Positions 36,433 through 46,708 of a stretch of DNA of 64,000 bases are shown here, piece after piece. The translations under genes were made by a program, and so were the position numbers. The notes beneath the pieces are model-generated. The model was given only the letters and a program-made list of their open reading frames with translations. It had not been told where the DNA came from and searched no databases. The stretch covers positions 28,950-92,949 of IMG/VR virus record IMGVR_UViG_3300029582_000367, one strand, 5' to 3'. Within the stretch, counting starts at the first letter, position 1, and each line of letters opens with the position of its first letter. Source of the DNA: a virus. Lineage: Duplodnaviria; Heunggongvirae; Uroviricota; Caudoviricetes.

Positions 36433-37797
36433 TTAGAATTTCAGTTGGTCTTCAGTTATTTTTGCGATTTGCGGCAGCTTGCGAGCTTCTTCGGTACGAA
36501 GCTGGAACATATCCAACTCATAATTACCGAGCCGCACGCGGTCAAGACCATCGGCATCCTTGAAGATGTCAAAGAGGCTTTTGACTCGCAGCTCATCTTG
36601 CTTATCCAACCAATGTTTCTCGATGAACTCATAGCCTTCCTTATCGGGACGGCAATGATACTCCATCAGGAACAGAGTGATGGGGTCAGTATCAGGATAC
36701 GCTTCCTGCAGCATCTTCGCGCTCTCGGCGCCGTGGGTGTTGTCCTCTGAATCACTGCATCTACCTGTGTCATGGTACAGTGCGGCATCAATCAAAATCT
36801 CCTTGTCTTCCAAGTCCAGACCCTTCATATATGCCAACAGCATACACATGAACAGGACACGGCCAGCATGAGCCTTTCCGTGTAGTTTGCTTGCCATTTG
36901 GAAAGGAACGGCATCATAGTCGGCAGTCCTCTGATAGAGCCAGAAGTCATCTATCGCGCCGTCATCCACGGCCTCATTGAGCCAGTCGATACCATAGAGG
37001 GGAAAGTCTTCAACCTCCTTGATGTCATCAGGAGATACGATAATTTCAGCCTCCACACCTTCGAAATACTCAATGACAGAGGCTTTTTCGACTGTAGCCC
37101 GAAATACCTTCGCATTGTCAGACGGGAAGCGTGTGGCGAAGAACACGGCCACGGCAGGGTCCAGCGTCCAAGAGAATGCCTCCTCCAGACTTGCGCTTTC
37201 ATCGCCGGCGCCACGGTAGACCGTCAGGGTGTCGGGATACTTCTTGAGTCCCTCCTCCGTTGCCTGAATCTGTTCCGGTGTTTTCATGCTCTTGAGCTTC
37301 AGTATGCCGTCCCGTCCAAGTGCAGAGCATCCGTAATCGGAAAAAGGGTAGACATCATAGAACAGTTTGTAAGCGCCATCAAAACCCTCATCAACGAGCT
37401 TCTTCAGATACTCTATCCGCATCCGGTCGTTGAGTGCCGTGATGATGAAGCTACAGTTGCCTGAAGCAATTTTCTCCTTCAGTTGCTCAACAGCCCCTCG
37501 GATTTCAGGTGTTTTATCCTCGCCGTCGGCTGCCATTGTGAGACTGTGGCAGGGGAATATGACCTTATCCTTATCCCAGTAATAGAACGGGGTGAAGCCG
37601 CAGCCATAGTAGAGGTTTTCAATGATGTCGTCGGTCAGATGAAACTTCTTCCGCAGTTCATCGGCTGTATAGAGCGCCATATAGCCGTTCCGACTGGCAA
37701 TCGCCTTTGCTTTCTCTGATGTGACAGACGCAGCAGGGAGGAGGTTGCTGAACGATTCGACATTGCGGGATTTCATCACCACATCAGCGATGTTCAA
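36433..37797 (-). CDS. HD-domain phosphohydrolase-like protein with large N-terminal unknown domain
   Basis: LYHDTGRCSDSEDNTHGAESA (HD motif) in C-terminal part; start uncertain (TTG). Confidence 0.55.
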   Translation of the reverse strand: MNIADVVMKSRNVESFSNLLPAASVTSEKAKAIASRNGYMALYTADELRKKFHLTDDIIENLYYGCGFTPFYYWDKDKVIFPCHSLTMAADGEDKTPEIRGAVEQLKEKIASGNCSFIITALNDRMRIEYLKKLVDEGFDGAYKLFYDVYPFSDYGCSALGRDGILKLKSMKTPEQIQATEEGLKKYPDTLTVYRGAGDESASLEEAFSWTLDPAVAVFFATRFPSDNAKVFRATVEKASVIEYFEGVEAEIIVSPDDIKEVEDFPLYGIDWLNEAVDDGAIDDFWLYQRTADYDAVPFQMASKLHGKAHAGRVLFMCMLLAYMKGLDLEDKEILIDAALYHDTGRCSDSEDNTHGAESAKMLQEAYPDTDPITLFLMEYHCRPDKEGYEFIEKHWLDKQDELRVKSLFDIFKDADGLDRVRLGNYELDMFQLRTEEARKLPQIAKITEDQLKF

Positions 37798-37993
37798 ACT
37801 TTTCAACCTCCTTCAACAATTTCTCTATCACTTCGGCAGCATCAGCTTCAAGGCTGTTAATGTTGCAGGCACCGTCCACATCTCGGTACTTGCACCGCTT
37901 ATCGCCGCAGCCGAAGTTGTCTTCAGCGTCCGTGCCATAGCAACGGAGTCTCTTGACAACTCTCAACGCATCACTTTTCAGCTTGGCTGTCAT
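37784..37993 (-). CDS. small Cys-rich protein
   Basis: GAAAGGAGAAAGC RBS. Confidence 0.45.
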   Translation of the reverse strand: MTAKLKSDALRVVKRLRCYGTDAEDNFGCGDKRCKYRDVDGACNINSLEADAAEVIEKLLKEVEKFEHR

Positions 37994-38028
37994 TGTGCTT
38001 TCTCCTTTCTTGTCTAAATAGACTTTAA

Positions 38029-39075
38029 TCAGGCTCTAACATATCGTGCCTTCTTGGACATTCCGATACGTTTAATGCTCCCTTCCTTCACCATGCGTCC
38101 AAGCACAGCCTCCACGGTGGACGGGCTTACATCAGGATGAATGGCGCATATCTCCGCTTTGGAAATTGGCATCAGGCTGCCAAGTACCGTAGCTTCGATT
38201 CGCGTCATCTTCGTGATTTTCTTCCCATTGACGACTGCAAACCGCTTATCCAACTCCTTATAGCACTGATACAGTATGGACAAGAAGTTTTGAATAAATG
38301 GCGCATAGTCGTTGTTGTTCTCCATCCAGCCCTTCGAGGATTGCTCCAGTGCGTCGTAATAATACGCCTTGTGATGGTTGATTTGTTCCTCGAAAGAAAT
38401 GTACTTTCCTACATCGAAGCCGTTTTTGTAGAGCAGCAGAAGTGAGAGCAATCTCGACATTCTGCCGTTACCGTCGCGGAAAGGATGGATACACAGGAAG
38501 TCCAAAATAACGCAGGGAATAAGAAGAAGCAGGTTGATATTGGAGTTGGAACAGGCATCCAAATAGGCCAGTTCCAGTTGCTCCATAGTAGCCGGTGTCT
38601 CTGCCGCAGGTGTGGGACGAAACCTCACACGCCGCGTGCCATCCGCCGCGACTTCCAGAATCACATTGTCATCTGTTTTGTACTGCCCACCGTTCTCGTC
38701 GCCTGCGACTGCCATCATGGTTTCATGGAGCCGCAGAATGTCAGGAACGCCGAAAGACAGGTACTCATATCCTGAATGCACAGCGTTGAGTGCATCTCTG
38801 TATCCGGCAATTTCCGCCTCATCATGGTTCAGAGGCGCACTGCTGTGGTTTACGATTTCCGCAATGCGCTTGTCGCTGGTCACAATGCCCTCAATGGCGT
38901 TGGAGCTCTTTACTGACTGAACTCGCGCAATGGATTCCAGTTCAGTGAAGACTTTTCCAAACTCCTGCTTACGGAAGCCGGCTTCAGTACGAAGAGAGTA
39001 GATTTTGCTCGTGATGTTCACAAGGCTTGCAGGAAGCAGCCCGTTATCGAGGAAAGAATAATCAAACTTTCTCAT
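38029..39075 (-). CDS. fic: Fic/Doc family protein (HPFRDGNGRMSR) with C-terminal winged-helix
   Basis: canonical Fic motif HPFx[DE]GNGR. Confidence 0.85.
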   Translation of the reverse strand: MRKFDYSFLDNGLLPASLVNITSKIYSLRTEAGFRKQEFGKVFTELESIARVQSVKSSNAIEGIVTSDKRIAEIVNHSSAPLNHDEAEIAGYRDALNAVHSGYEYLSFGVPDILRLHETMMAVAGDENGGQYKTDDNVILEVAADGTRRVRFRPTPAAETPATMEQLELAYLDACSNSNINLLLLIPCVILDFLCIHPFRDGNGRMSRLLSLLLLYKNGFDVGKYISFEEQINHHKAYYYDALEQSSKGWMENNNDYAPFIQNFLSILYQCYKELDKRFAVVNGKKITKMTRIEATVLGSLMPISKAEICAIHPDVSPSTVEAVLGRMVKEGSIKRIGMSKKARYVRA

Positions 39076-39150
39076 AACACCAGCTCCTTTCTGCACATTA
39101 TTATACATCTTTATATGCAGAAAATCAACTCCTTCCTGCAGCAAATGGGC

Positions 39151-39387
39151 TTAAAAAACAACATCAGCAAGAACTTCCTTGGAAACCGTGTTGTTCCACA
39201 TCCGCACACTTTTCCTGATACTGCTGGCATAGATTTTTGTGCCGGCATAGGTCTTCAGGTTTGCGTGGAACGGAAACCCCTTTTTGCAACTCTGACATAC
39301 AGCCTTACAATCGGGCTTGCCACAGTGGGAATACAGCTTGATTTTGCCACCACACACGGGGCAGGGAGCAATGTAACCTAAATCCAT
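39151..39387 (-). CDS. zinc-ribbon protein
   Basis: CPVCGG...CGKPDC...CQSC. Confidence 0.5.
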   Translation of the reverse strand: MDLGYIAPCPVCGGKIKLYSHCGKPDCKAVCQSCKKGFPFHANLKTYAGTKIYASSIRKSVRMWNNTVSKEVLADVVF

Positions 39388-39441
39388 AGTATTATCTCCT
39401 TTCAAGAAGAGCCACCCCGAAGGGTGGCTCTTTAGTTGTAG

Positions 39442-41670
39442 TTAGACCTTCAGCCGTTTCTTGACGATTTTGACCATTGCCTTGGGGAAGGTGGACAGGT
39501 CAGTAATGTCAAGGAACTGGTCGCCGTAAATCTTCTTGAGGTACGCTTTGTCGTCGCCGATAGCTGCTGCAACAATCTCGACACCGCGCCGCCGATTGCG
39601 TGCTACGATGTCCTTGATATCCTTCGCCGCAGAATCTCCGCCATAGGAATCGTCGTTCGGCTTGCCGTCCGAGATGATAATGAGGAGCTTCGTGCGCTCA
39701 GGTCTCGCATTCAGCAGGTTCGCAACGACCTCCAGAGCTGCACCGTCACGGTTACAGCCTCCGGTGGAGAGCTTGGCAAGGCGATACTTGTCACGCTTAC
39801 CAGCCTTCAGGAAGTCCGTATAGACGAACAGGTTGACCCTACCGTGCATGGTCACGTTGTGGCCGTACACAGCGACAGGAACATGAACACGCTCTGCATA
39901 GTCATGCAGGAGCATGGTGGCCTTCATAGCGGCGCCCATGCGCTGTCCGCACATGGAGCCGGACTGGTCAACGAGAACAGCCACGGCCATGTCAGGCAGG
40001 TCCTGCGGCAGCTTGGTGTCGCTGAAGTACCGGCAGTCGGGACGCCACATATCATTGGCTACGATATCCCTACCGTACATCCGATTTCTGCGGACATCGC
40101 CATCTTGCAGGTCTTTCAGTTCCTGCTGCATCAGCTTCGCCAAACGCTTGGAATACTGTTTCACATCCTCCATCATTTCTCCGTAGAGCTTGATGTTTGC
40201 GGGTGTTACTTCAACCTCGCGTTTGACGTCGATTTTATGACCCTTGTGCGTGGAGCTGCGGTCCATGATGTCAACATCAGCGATGATTTGGGACTTCAAA
40301 TCCTGTTCCATCTGAGCTTCGGCCATGTCACCGGCAACGGAGGAAATGATGGTCTGCAGAACATTTGCCAACATATTGTCAGCCTGCTCCTGCTTCTCAT
40401 TCTTATCCTTTCCATCGCCGTTCTTACCAGCCACAGCAGCGGGAACGTTGCCCTTATTGGCATCATTACCGCCGGAACCGCTGCCGCCCTTTTTGCCCTT
40501 TTTCTTACCAGCAGACTGAGCATCCTTGGTAGCTTGCTTGGCTACGTTGGAAGCCTTCTGGTTCTTGGGCATCTGAGAGCCGCCGCCATTCTGTGCGCCC
40601 TGAGCGATTTGCTGGAGCACCTGCTGAATGGCATTTGCGCTGGGCTGGGAGACACCTCCGCCGCCCTGCTGGTTCTGGCTGTTTTGACCGCCGCCGGAGT
40701 TGCCGCCGGAAGAGGACTGGCCCTGCTGCCCCCCCTGACCGTTCTGGTCGGAGCCGGACTGCTGACCTTGCCCCTGCTGGCCTTGGCCTGCCTGAGCATT
40801 CTGCTGCTTGTCACACTTATCTATTGCATCCTTGATGTAAGGCCACATAAAGAGAAGCATCACATTGATTTGAGCATACAGCTCTTTAGGGTTATCCGTG
40901 TTGGTGGCAAGCTCAATGGCCTGTGAGATGTCTGTCAGCTTCTTGGCGTACTCATTGGTATAGAGCGTCTGCTCATCCGCAACGAGAATTTCACCGAAGC
41001 GTGCGAACTGGAGAACGAGGCTTGTCATGATAGACAGCGGCTCATTCTTGTTATTCGTATAGCCTTCCAGCGTGTGAAGCTGTCCCTGAAGGGAAGATGC
41101 TGCCATCTCAATACCACGTGCAACAATGCCGCCGTAGTAGTCGCTCATACGCTCCTCGTCGTGTGCGTCGATGATGCAGTTGACGAGTTCGTCCCGCAGC
41201 GACTTGAACACCTTGCGGTATTCAGGATGCTTCAGCGCCTCCTTCATCTCATCCAGTTCTGTCTCGTCGTCCGGTTCAGGCATCCGTCCGTAGAGTGTGC
41301 CGTTCTCTTCCAATTCTTTGTCTGCCAGCGCATCGGCGCGGAAGTCGTGGAATCGGATGTGGGCCAACTCGTGGTAGACGATACCCATAACCGTTGCGAA
41401 TCGTGAGGAGGGGAGCTTATACCACGTGATGACACTATTCGCCGTATTCTGATAAAGATTATTCCCATCAGTACAGGCGGTGATGTCTGAGTTTGGGTTA
41501 TGCATCAGAGAAACGGAGATGTGCTTGTCAAGGTCCTTCGTCATCGAATCGACTGTCGCCTGCACATGACTCCGAAACGCTTCACTGGTGTAGATGTCAG
41601 CATCCGTGAGCTTCTCGCTCATTTCATTGGCACCCACACGGATTTGCCTCCAGATAGATTTCTGGTCCAT
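39442..41670 (-). CDS. VWA-domain protein (MIDAS DQSGSM) with Q/G-rich low-complexity linker
   Basis: VAVLVDQSGSMCG...ISDGKPND vWA fold; GQGQQGQGQQSGSDQNGQGGQQGQ repeat. Confidence 0.75.
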   Translation of the reverse strand: MDQKSIWRQIRVGANEMSEKLTDADIYTSEAFRSHVQATVDSMTKDLDKHISVSLMHNPNSDITACTDGNNLYQNTANSVITWYKLPSSRFATVMGIVYHELAHIRFHDFRADALADKELEENGTLYGRMPEPDDETELDEMKEALKHPEYRKVFKSLRDELVNCIIDAHDEERMSDYYGGIVARGIEMAASSLQGQLHTLEGYTNNKNEPLSIMTSLVLQFARFGEILVADEQTLYTNEYAKKLTDISQAIELATNTDNPKELYAQINVMLLFMWPYIKDAIDKCDKQQNAQAGQGQQGQGQQSGSDQNGQGGQQGQSSSGGNSGGGQNSQNQQGGGGVSQPSANAIQQVLQQIAQGAQNGGGSQMPKNQKASNVAKQATKDAQSAGKKKGKKGGSGSGGNDANKGNVPAAVAGKNGDGKDKNEKQEQADNMLANVLQTIISSVAGDMAEAQMEQDLKSQIIADVDIMDRSSTHKGHKIDVKREVEVTPANIKLYGEMMEDVKQYSKRLAKLMQQELKDLQDGDVRRNRMYGRDIVANDMWRPDCRYFSDTKLPQDLPDMAVAVLVDQSGSMCGQRMGAAMKATMLLHDYAERVHVPVAVYGHNVTMHGRVNLFVYTDFLKAGKRDKYRLAKLSTGGCNRDGAALEVVANLLNARPERTKLLIIISDGKPNDDSYGGDSAAKDIKDIVARNRRRGVEIVAAAIGDDKAYLKKIYGDQFLDITDLSTFPKAMVKIVKKRLKV

Positions 41671-41691
41671 GCGTCATTTCTCCTTTCTTAT

Positions 41692-42114
41692 TTACTTGCG
41701 CCGGTTCTTGAAAATTTCAACAGTGAATTCAAGGCAGAAATCTGCCACCTGCAATCTATCACTCGAATTTCCTGTAAATACAGGCTCAACACCGTTAGCG
41801 GCTGCCATTCTGTTGATGATATTACAGGCCTCTGCTGCAGCGTTGTGAACCGCTGTGCGTCCTCTGTCAATGGTCTCTACTGCATCCCTGAGGTCCTCGC
41901 CTTCGAGTCTATTGTGAGCAATGATGATGCGAGTTTCGCTCATATCAACCGTTTTCACATAGTCGAGAAAGGTCTGAGCACAGGTGTTTTCGACGAGGTC
42001 ATGAATTCTCTCAGCGTTAGGAGCATTGTTTTTCAGACCTTCTCCAATCTTGGCGCAAAGTGTCCTGTAGTTCTCGTAGTTAAAGAACTTGGCGTTCTTG
42101 TAGTTATAAGTCAT
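41692..42114 (-). CDS. hypothetical protein
   Basis: GGAGAAGACC RBS before MTYNYKN. Confidence 0.5.
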   Translation of the reverse strand: MTYNYKNAKFFNYENYRTLCAKIGEGLKNNAPNAERIHDLVENTCAQTFLDYVKTVDMSETRIIIAHNRLEGEDLRDAVETIDRGRTAVHNAAAEACNIINRMAAANGVEPVFTGNSSDRLQVADFCLEFTVEIFKNRRK

Positions 42115-42191
42115 GGTCTTCTCCTTTCTTACTTTCGGTCCCGAAAGCAAGAAAAGAGGCCCCATGCCTCTCTTCTCCTTTCAGGACAAGC

Positions 42192-44069
42192 CTACGCCAC
42201 CTTGCTGATGACCTGCGCCGCATTGGAACGAATCTCGTTCTGCTCGACGGGGTCATTCGTGCATTTGGCGATGAGGCACGTGTTAATGTAATCTTCCAAA
42301 TGAGCCATGTATCTGTCGTCACACTGCACGCAGCAGACGAGAGACTCCAGCTCGCAAATAGTGCAGGAACCTTCCGTGATTTCCTTGTCGGCGCAGTAGC
42401 TCCGAATCTGCTCGAACACGTCGTACAGAGCGTTCAGCGTCTTGTCGTCACGGCTCCAGCCGGTGTTGTACTTGATGCGCTCCAGCATAGCCTGCTTTTC
42501 GATTTCAGTGCTGTCGAAAATCATCCGGCAACGCCGAATAACAGACTGGTCGATGGGGCGGCAGGAAGCATAGCCGACGTTATCCGTGAATACCACAACG
42601 GCATCCTTCTGACGATACGTAAAACCGCCGTCCACCAGCGGAATCATAGCACCCGGCAGGTCGTACTGGTTCAGTGCGACCATAACGCCGGAGTCCTTGA
42701 TACGGCTGATTTCCTGAATCTCGCAGATGTAACCGCGAGAAACGGCTTTCACGAAAGCGGACTCGACCACCTTCACAGGGGAAGTGCAGCCGGCGCGGGC
42801 AACCAACAGCTCAGAATACTTTGCGAAGCATTCCTCAGATGTGATGCCCGTGCCATCCTCGCCCGTCATGGTCGTCCACGCGGATTCGGGGTCGAAGGAA
42901 ATCTCATCGAACGTGGGAAGTTCTCCACGCGCCGCATCCACGGGATTGCAGGGGACGAACTCAGAAATCAGGTCCTTCGCCAGCATATCGGTATGGCAGG
43001 TCAGCTCCAGCCGAGGAGTGTGCAGGATGCACGCCAGAACCTTCGTGCCGGTAGACTTACCGTAACCGGTAATGCCGCGCCACAGGAAGTTGCGGAAGGG
43101 TACGCGCATATTGGACGTAGCGACGATTTTGTCGGCCATCTCGATAACCTCAGGCTGAACCTTGAAGTCATCATCGAAGGTGGGAATCAGCAGTTCCTCG
43201 TCGGGCGTCCACGGGTGTGCGTCAGCCCACGCTGCGTATCTGAGCTTGGCAGCCTTCACGGTCATGCCCTTGGTAGAGCTTGAGGTGCTGTTGGCGGCCA
43301 TTGTGCCACCGATGATGGTAGGTGTGCCGACAATGATGGTGCCGTTGAAAGCGCCGTTGTTGACCTTCTGCCGCGTCAACGTATCCATGTTCCCGTTCTG
43401 GACGTTCAGCGGGACTTTGCCCGTCTCACAGCCATAGTAGAACATATCACTGAAGATATACAGATAGTTGAAGGCGGTAGATGCTTCCACCATGTGAGCG
43501 CCCCAATCAGCGGGGTACTTGGCGCACAGGGCGAGAATCTCGTCACGGACGGTCTTGAGTTCCGAGTTGTCATCCACGACAGCCAACTCCGGCGCCTCGT
43601 AGTAGAGGGACAGGACTTGGGGTGTCATTGCCAGCATAGCGCCGCTGAGGTCGATGTCGTCAGACTCAGAACCGATAGACGGAGTACCCGCCCACTGGCC
43701 GGAAGGCATCGTCACGGCGGCACCCAGTTTACCGACAGAAGGCGCATTGGTCTGGAACACCGTTTTATAGGTGAACAGCAACGTCTTCACGGTCGTGCCG
43801 GTAGAGTTGTCGCGGAACTCAGCGCTCCACAGATTGTCAGAGACCTGCAGCAGAGCATAGTCCTCGACAAAGCCGGGAATACCCAGATATGCCAGAAATG
43901 CTCTGGTTGCATAGGCGTGCAGCGTAGATTGCCCCTTCATAGACGGTCTCTGCGGCGCATTCCACTTGGAGAACGTCGTCGTGCTGCGGTTAGGCATTTG
44001 GTTCAGCCCGAAGGGGAGGGTACTGATGTCGAACCCTTTCTTACTTCTGAAGAGTACACAATTTGCCAT
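42192..44069 (-). CDS. AAA_5/MoxR-like P-loop ATPase (GITGYGKST) with ~380-aa N-terminal unknown domain; likely partner of VWA protein
   Basis: Walker A GITGYGKSTG, Walker B-like ICEIQEISR; first gene after module M3. Confidence 0.65.
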   Translation of the reverse strand: MANCVLFRSKKGFDISTLPFGLNQMPNRSTTTFSKWNAPQRPSMKGQSTLHAYATRAFLAYLGIPGFVEDYALLQVSDNLWSAEFRDNSTGTTVKTLLFTYKTVFQTNAPSVGKLGAAVTMPSGQWAGTPSIGSESDDIDLSGAMLAMTPQVLSLYYEAPELAVVDDNSELKTVRDEILALCAKYPADWGAHMVEASTAFNYLYIFSDMFYYGCETGKVPLNVQNGNMDTLTRQKVNNGAFNGTIIVGTPTIIGGTMAANSTSSSTKGMTVKAAKLRYAAWADAHPWTPDEELLIPTFDDDFKVQPEVIEMADKIVATSNMRVPFRNFLWRGITGYGKSTGTKVLACILHTPRLELTCHTDMLAKDLISEFVPCNPVDAARGELPTFDEISFDPESAWTTMTGEDGTGITSEECFAKYSELLVARAGCTSPVKVVESAFVKAVSRGYICEIQEISRIKDSGVMVALNQYDLPGAMIPLVDGGFTYRQKDAVVVFTDNVGYASCRPIDQSVIRRCRMIFDSTEIEKQAMLERIKYNTGWSRDDKTLNALYDVFEQIRSYCADKEITEGSCTICELESLVCCVQCDDRYMAHLEDYINTCLIAKCTNDPVEQNEIRSNAAQVISKVA

Positions 44070-44087
44070 GGTCTTTTTCTCCTTTCT

Positions 44088-44274
44088 CCCAGCCTGTAAT
44101 AAGGACTTACGGGAATCCAAAAAATGTTATATATAGAAAAAGACAGTCACTTCCCAGAAAAGGGAAGTAACTGTCTTGATTCTTTGTGGTGACTTGAAAA
44201 CGGAGATAATCTCCTTTATAAAAATAGCTTCGTAATTATAATTCTATACTACCACAGTTTGATATTTTGTCAAT
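44088..44274 (-). promoter_or_regulatory. promoter-leader module M3 (terminator hairpin with compensatory changes)
   Basis: hairpin AAGACAGTCACTTCCC-AGAAAA-GGGAAGTAACTGTCTT differs from M1 at paired positions. Confidence 0.7.
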
Positions 44275-44286
44275 CGCTTTTGCCGT

Positions 44287-44322
44287 AAAAAAAAAGAAGC
44301 TCCCGAAGGAGCTTCTTTTGAA
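44287..44322. terminator. terminator (GAAGCTCC-CGAA-GGAGCTTC, A/T flanks)
   Basis: hairpin + runs. Confidence 0.6.
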
Positions 44323-44351
44323 AAAATGTGGTTTGTCTTGAAGCGAAAGAA

Positions 44352-45404
44352 TCAAAGGATTTTTGCTCGGACGGTATAGGTGAACGGAGCGACACCATCA
44401 TCCGAACTCGCATCCCACACTTCATGGATTTCGTCGATGGGTACACCTGCCACACGACGCCAAGCGACGTCATCGGCGAAACCATCAATCATCGGAATGT
44501 CCTCCAGAAGCGCATCAAGCGCACCGTCTTGGCGCAAGTCAATGTACTTCGGATTGAGCATAACTGCTCCCTCAGAGAGCAGCATACGCGCCCAGAGCTG
44601 GTATTCCAGCGACCAACGGGACGTTTCCGTCGGCAGGTCGCCATACAGCTCATCCAGTTTCCGCAGGATGGAAGCGCAAATCACACAACCTTCAGGATGT
44701 CCGTGATGCGTACCGAGATACGGCAGCTTTGCAAAGAACAGAGGATTCCCAGAATACTCATCTTCCGCATAGGCGTAAAACGTCAGCTTCATGTCTGCCG
44801 CCGCGAAGAACCGGTCGGGAAGGATATCCTTCACTTTACAGTTGCTCCAGACGACATCATCCGAAAGGAATCTGAAGCCAAGAGGCTCCGTTCTTTCCGG
44901 TGTGAGGTACTTCCACGCCATATGGCGAACGAGGGCAACGAGCCCCAGCTCATGCCGCAGCATCGGCACATCGTCAAAGATTCTGCGGATGTTTGCCCGC
45001 AGCTTCTCTTCGCTTCGTTCCACGCACTCGAAAAAGAGCTTACAGGACGACCCGTTCGTGAACACAACGCTCAGTGTCACGAGCCAAGGTGCGAAATCGT
45101 CGGGCTTCAGAATGTAATCTTTCTGCCCAGTGCAGGCGACCGGCACAAACCAACCACCCGCCTTAGCCTCGTTATACGAAGCGTCTTCCGCAGCATAGGC
45201 GGTTGTTCTGAAGGCATCGTCGGTGTCCTTATCAGGAATATCAATGGCATCGCCCATGCAAATGTACTTGAAGGGAACGTACATTTCCACCTCTCTGACG
45301 CCGTCGCCATCTGCGTCATCCGTATCATGGCAGTAGCGCACGATGTGGACCAGTACGTTCTCGTCGCAGTGCAGCTTTCGCTTGTTCGAAATCGGCATAT
45401 CCAT
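44352..45404 (-). CDS. hypothetical protein, tandem paralog 1
   Basis: shares DFAPY(I/L)(I/V)(S/T)LSV, LEYQLWARMLL(A/S)EGAVMLNPK, AYA(E/Y)(D/S)(E/G)YS motifs with next gene. Confidence 0.55.
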   Translation of the reverse strand: MDMPISNKRKLHCDENVLVHIVRYCHDTDDADGDGVREVEMYVPFKYICMGDAIDIPDKDTDDAFRTTAYAAEDASYNEAKAGGWFVPVACTGQKDYILKPDDFAPWLVTLSVVFTNGSSCKLFFECVERSEEKLRANIRRIFDDVPMLRHELGLVALVRHMAWKYLTPERTEPLGFRFLSDDVVWSNCKVKDILPDRFFAAADMKLTFYAYAEDEYSGNPLFFAKLPYLGTHHGHPEGCVICASILRKLDELYGDLPTETSRWSLEYQLWARMLLSEGAVMLNPKYIDLRQDGALDALLEDIPMIDGFADDVAWRRVAGVPIDEIHEVWDASSDDGVAPFTYTVRAKIL

Positions 45405-45418
45405 ATGTTTTTCTCCTT

Positions 45419-46456
45419 TCAGCCCGTCACGATGCAGGTAAACGCCTCATCGCCGGACTCACTCATATCATTCTCCCACGCCTCGGAGATTACGCTGATG
45501 GGTGTTTTGACAGCCTTTGCCCACGCAATACCGTCACCGCTGTCTTTCAGCATTTTGTTACCGAAAGCCAGCGTTTTGAATTCGTAGGCGCAGTCGGGGA
45601 GGTCAAGGTGCTTCGGATTCAGCATGACCGCACCTTCTGCCAGCAGCATACGAGCCCAGAGCTGATACTCCAGAGCCCATTTTGTTGTGTCTTCAGGCAG
45701 GTCGCCGTACATCTCATCCAGCTTCTGCAGCAGTTCTACGATTGCAGCACGTCCCTCAGGCTTGTTGTACCGTTCGCCCAAATCGGGCAGTTTGGCAAAG
45801 AACAGGGGGGACGCTGAATACTCGCCGTCGGAATAGGCGAAGAACGTCAGCTCCATGGCAGGGGAATTGAAGAACTTCTCAGAGAGAATGTCCTTCACAC
45901 CGCACTGGGTGAAGTTTACGCTGTCCGAAATGAGGCGGAAGCCGAACTGCTCCGTCCACTCGCGGGTAAGGTCTCTCTTTGCCATGGCCGCAACTGTGCC
46001 AGAATGTCGTCCGCAGGTGTTTTCCGGCGCAACACGCGGCTCAAATCTCGCCCGCATATTGTTGACGATAGCTTCAGTATCGTTGAGGACACTCTCAAAA
46101 AGCAGCCGGCAGCCGCGCCAATCTCCTTCGTCGGTGACGGAAAGGCTGATGATATAGGGCGCAAAATCTGCAGGATGGAGAATCAACACCGTCTTGCCGG
46201 CATCCTCAGTGACCTTAACAGACCAGCCGCACTCATTCCCGTATCGCTCGTCCTTCTCGAAAGAAGCATTTGTGAGAACGGAAAAGTGCAGTTCGTGACC
46301 GTCGCTGAAGACGCTCACAGAATCGCTCTTGCGGATGTCCTTGAAAGGTACGAATGTGGTCTCGAATCTGTCGTGCTTGGGGTTGTTGCGGGAGACCTTA
46401 ACCAGCGTGTTCTCGTCGCAGAAAGCTGCGGCGGCTCTGATAGATGCATTGTTCAT
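45419..46456 (-). CDS. hypothetical protein, tandem paralog 2
   Basis: as above. Confidence 0.55.
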   Translation of the reverse strand: MNNASIRAAAAFCDENTLVKVSRNNPKHDRFETTFVPFKDIRKSDSVSVFSDGHELHFSVLTNASFEKDERYGNECGWSVKVTEDAGKTVLILHPADFAPYIISLSVTDEGDWRGCRLLFESVLNDTEAIVNNMRARFEPRVAPENTCGRHSGTVAAMAKRDLTREWTEQFGFRLISDSVNFTQCGVKDILSEKFFNSPAMELTFFAYSDGEYSASPLFFAKLPDLGERYNKPEGRAAIVELLQKLDEMYGDLPEDTTKWALEYQLWARMLLAEGAVMLNPKHLDLPDCAYEFKTLAFGNKMLKDSGDGIAWAKAVKTPISVISEAWENDMSESGDEAFTCIVTG

Positions 46457-46517
46457 AATTTTCTCCTTTCTTTTTTGTGAAAGCAGGGGAGAGGCAGAGC
46501 GCCTCTCCCGCTTCGAT

Positions 46518-46685
46518 TTAACCGGTTATGACCGCTACAATAACCAAAACAATGGTGAGCGCAATAGTACCAAAAGCAGCCGGAAGCATTTCTGGCTGGT
46601 CTGATTTTTTTGCGGCTATGACTGAGACGACCATTGCGGCGATGATAAGAACGACATAGGCTATAAACAAGGGGTTCGTCAGCAT
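46518..46685 (-). CDS. small membrane protein (55 aa)
   Basis: AGGTGAGGG RBS; single hydrophobic span. Confidence 0.45.
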   Translation of the reverse strand: MLTNPLFIAYVVLIIAAMVVSVIAAKKSDQPEMLPAAFGTIALTIVLVIVAVITG

Positions 46686-46708
46686 TTTGAACACGTCCCT
46701 CACCTCCG

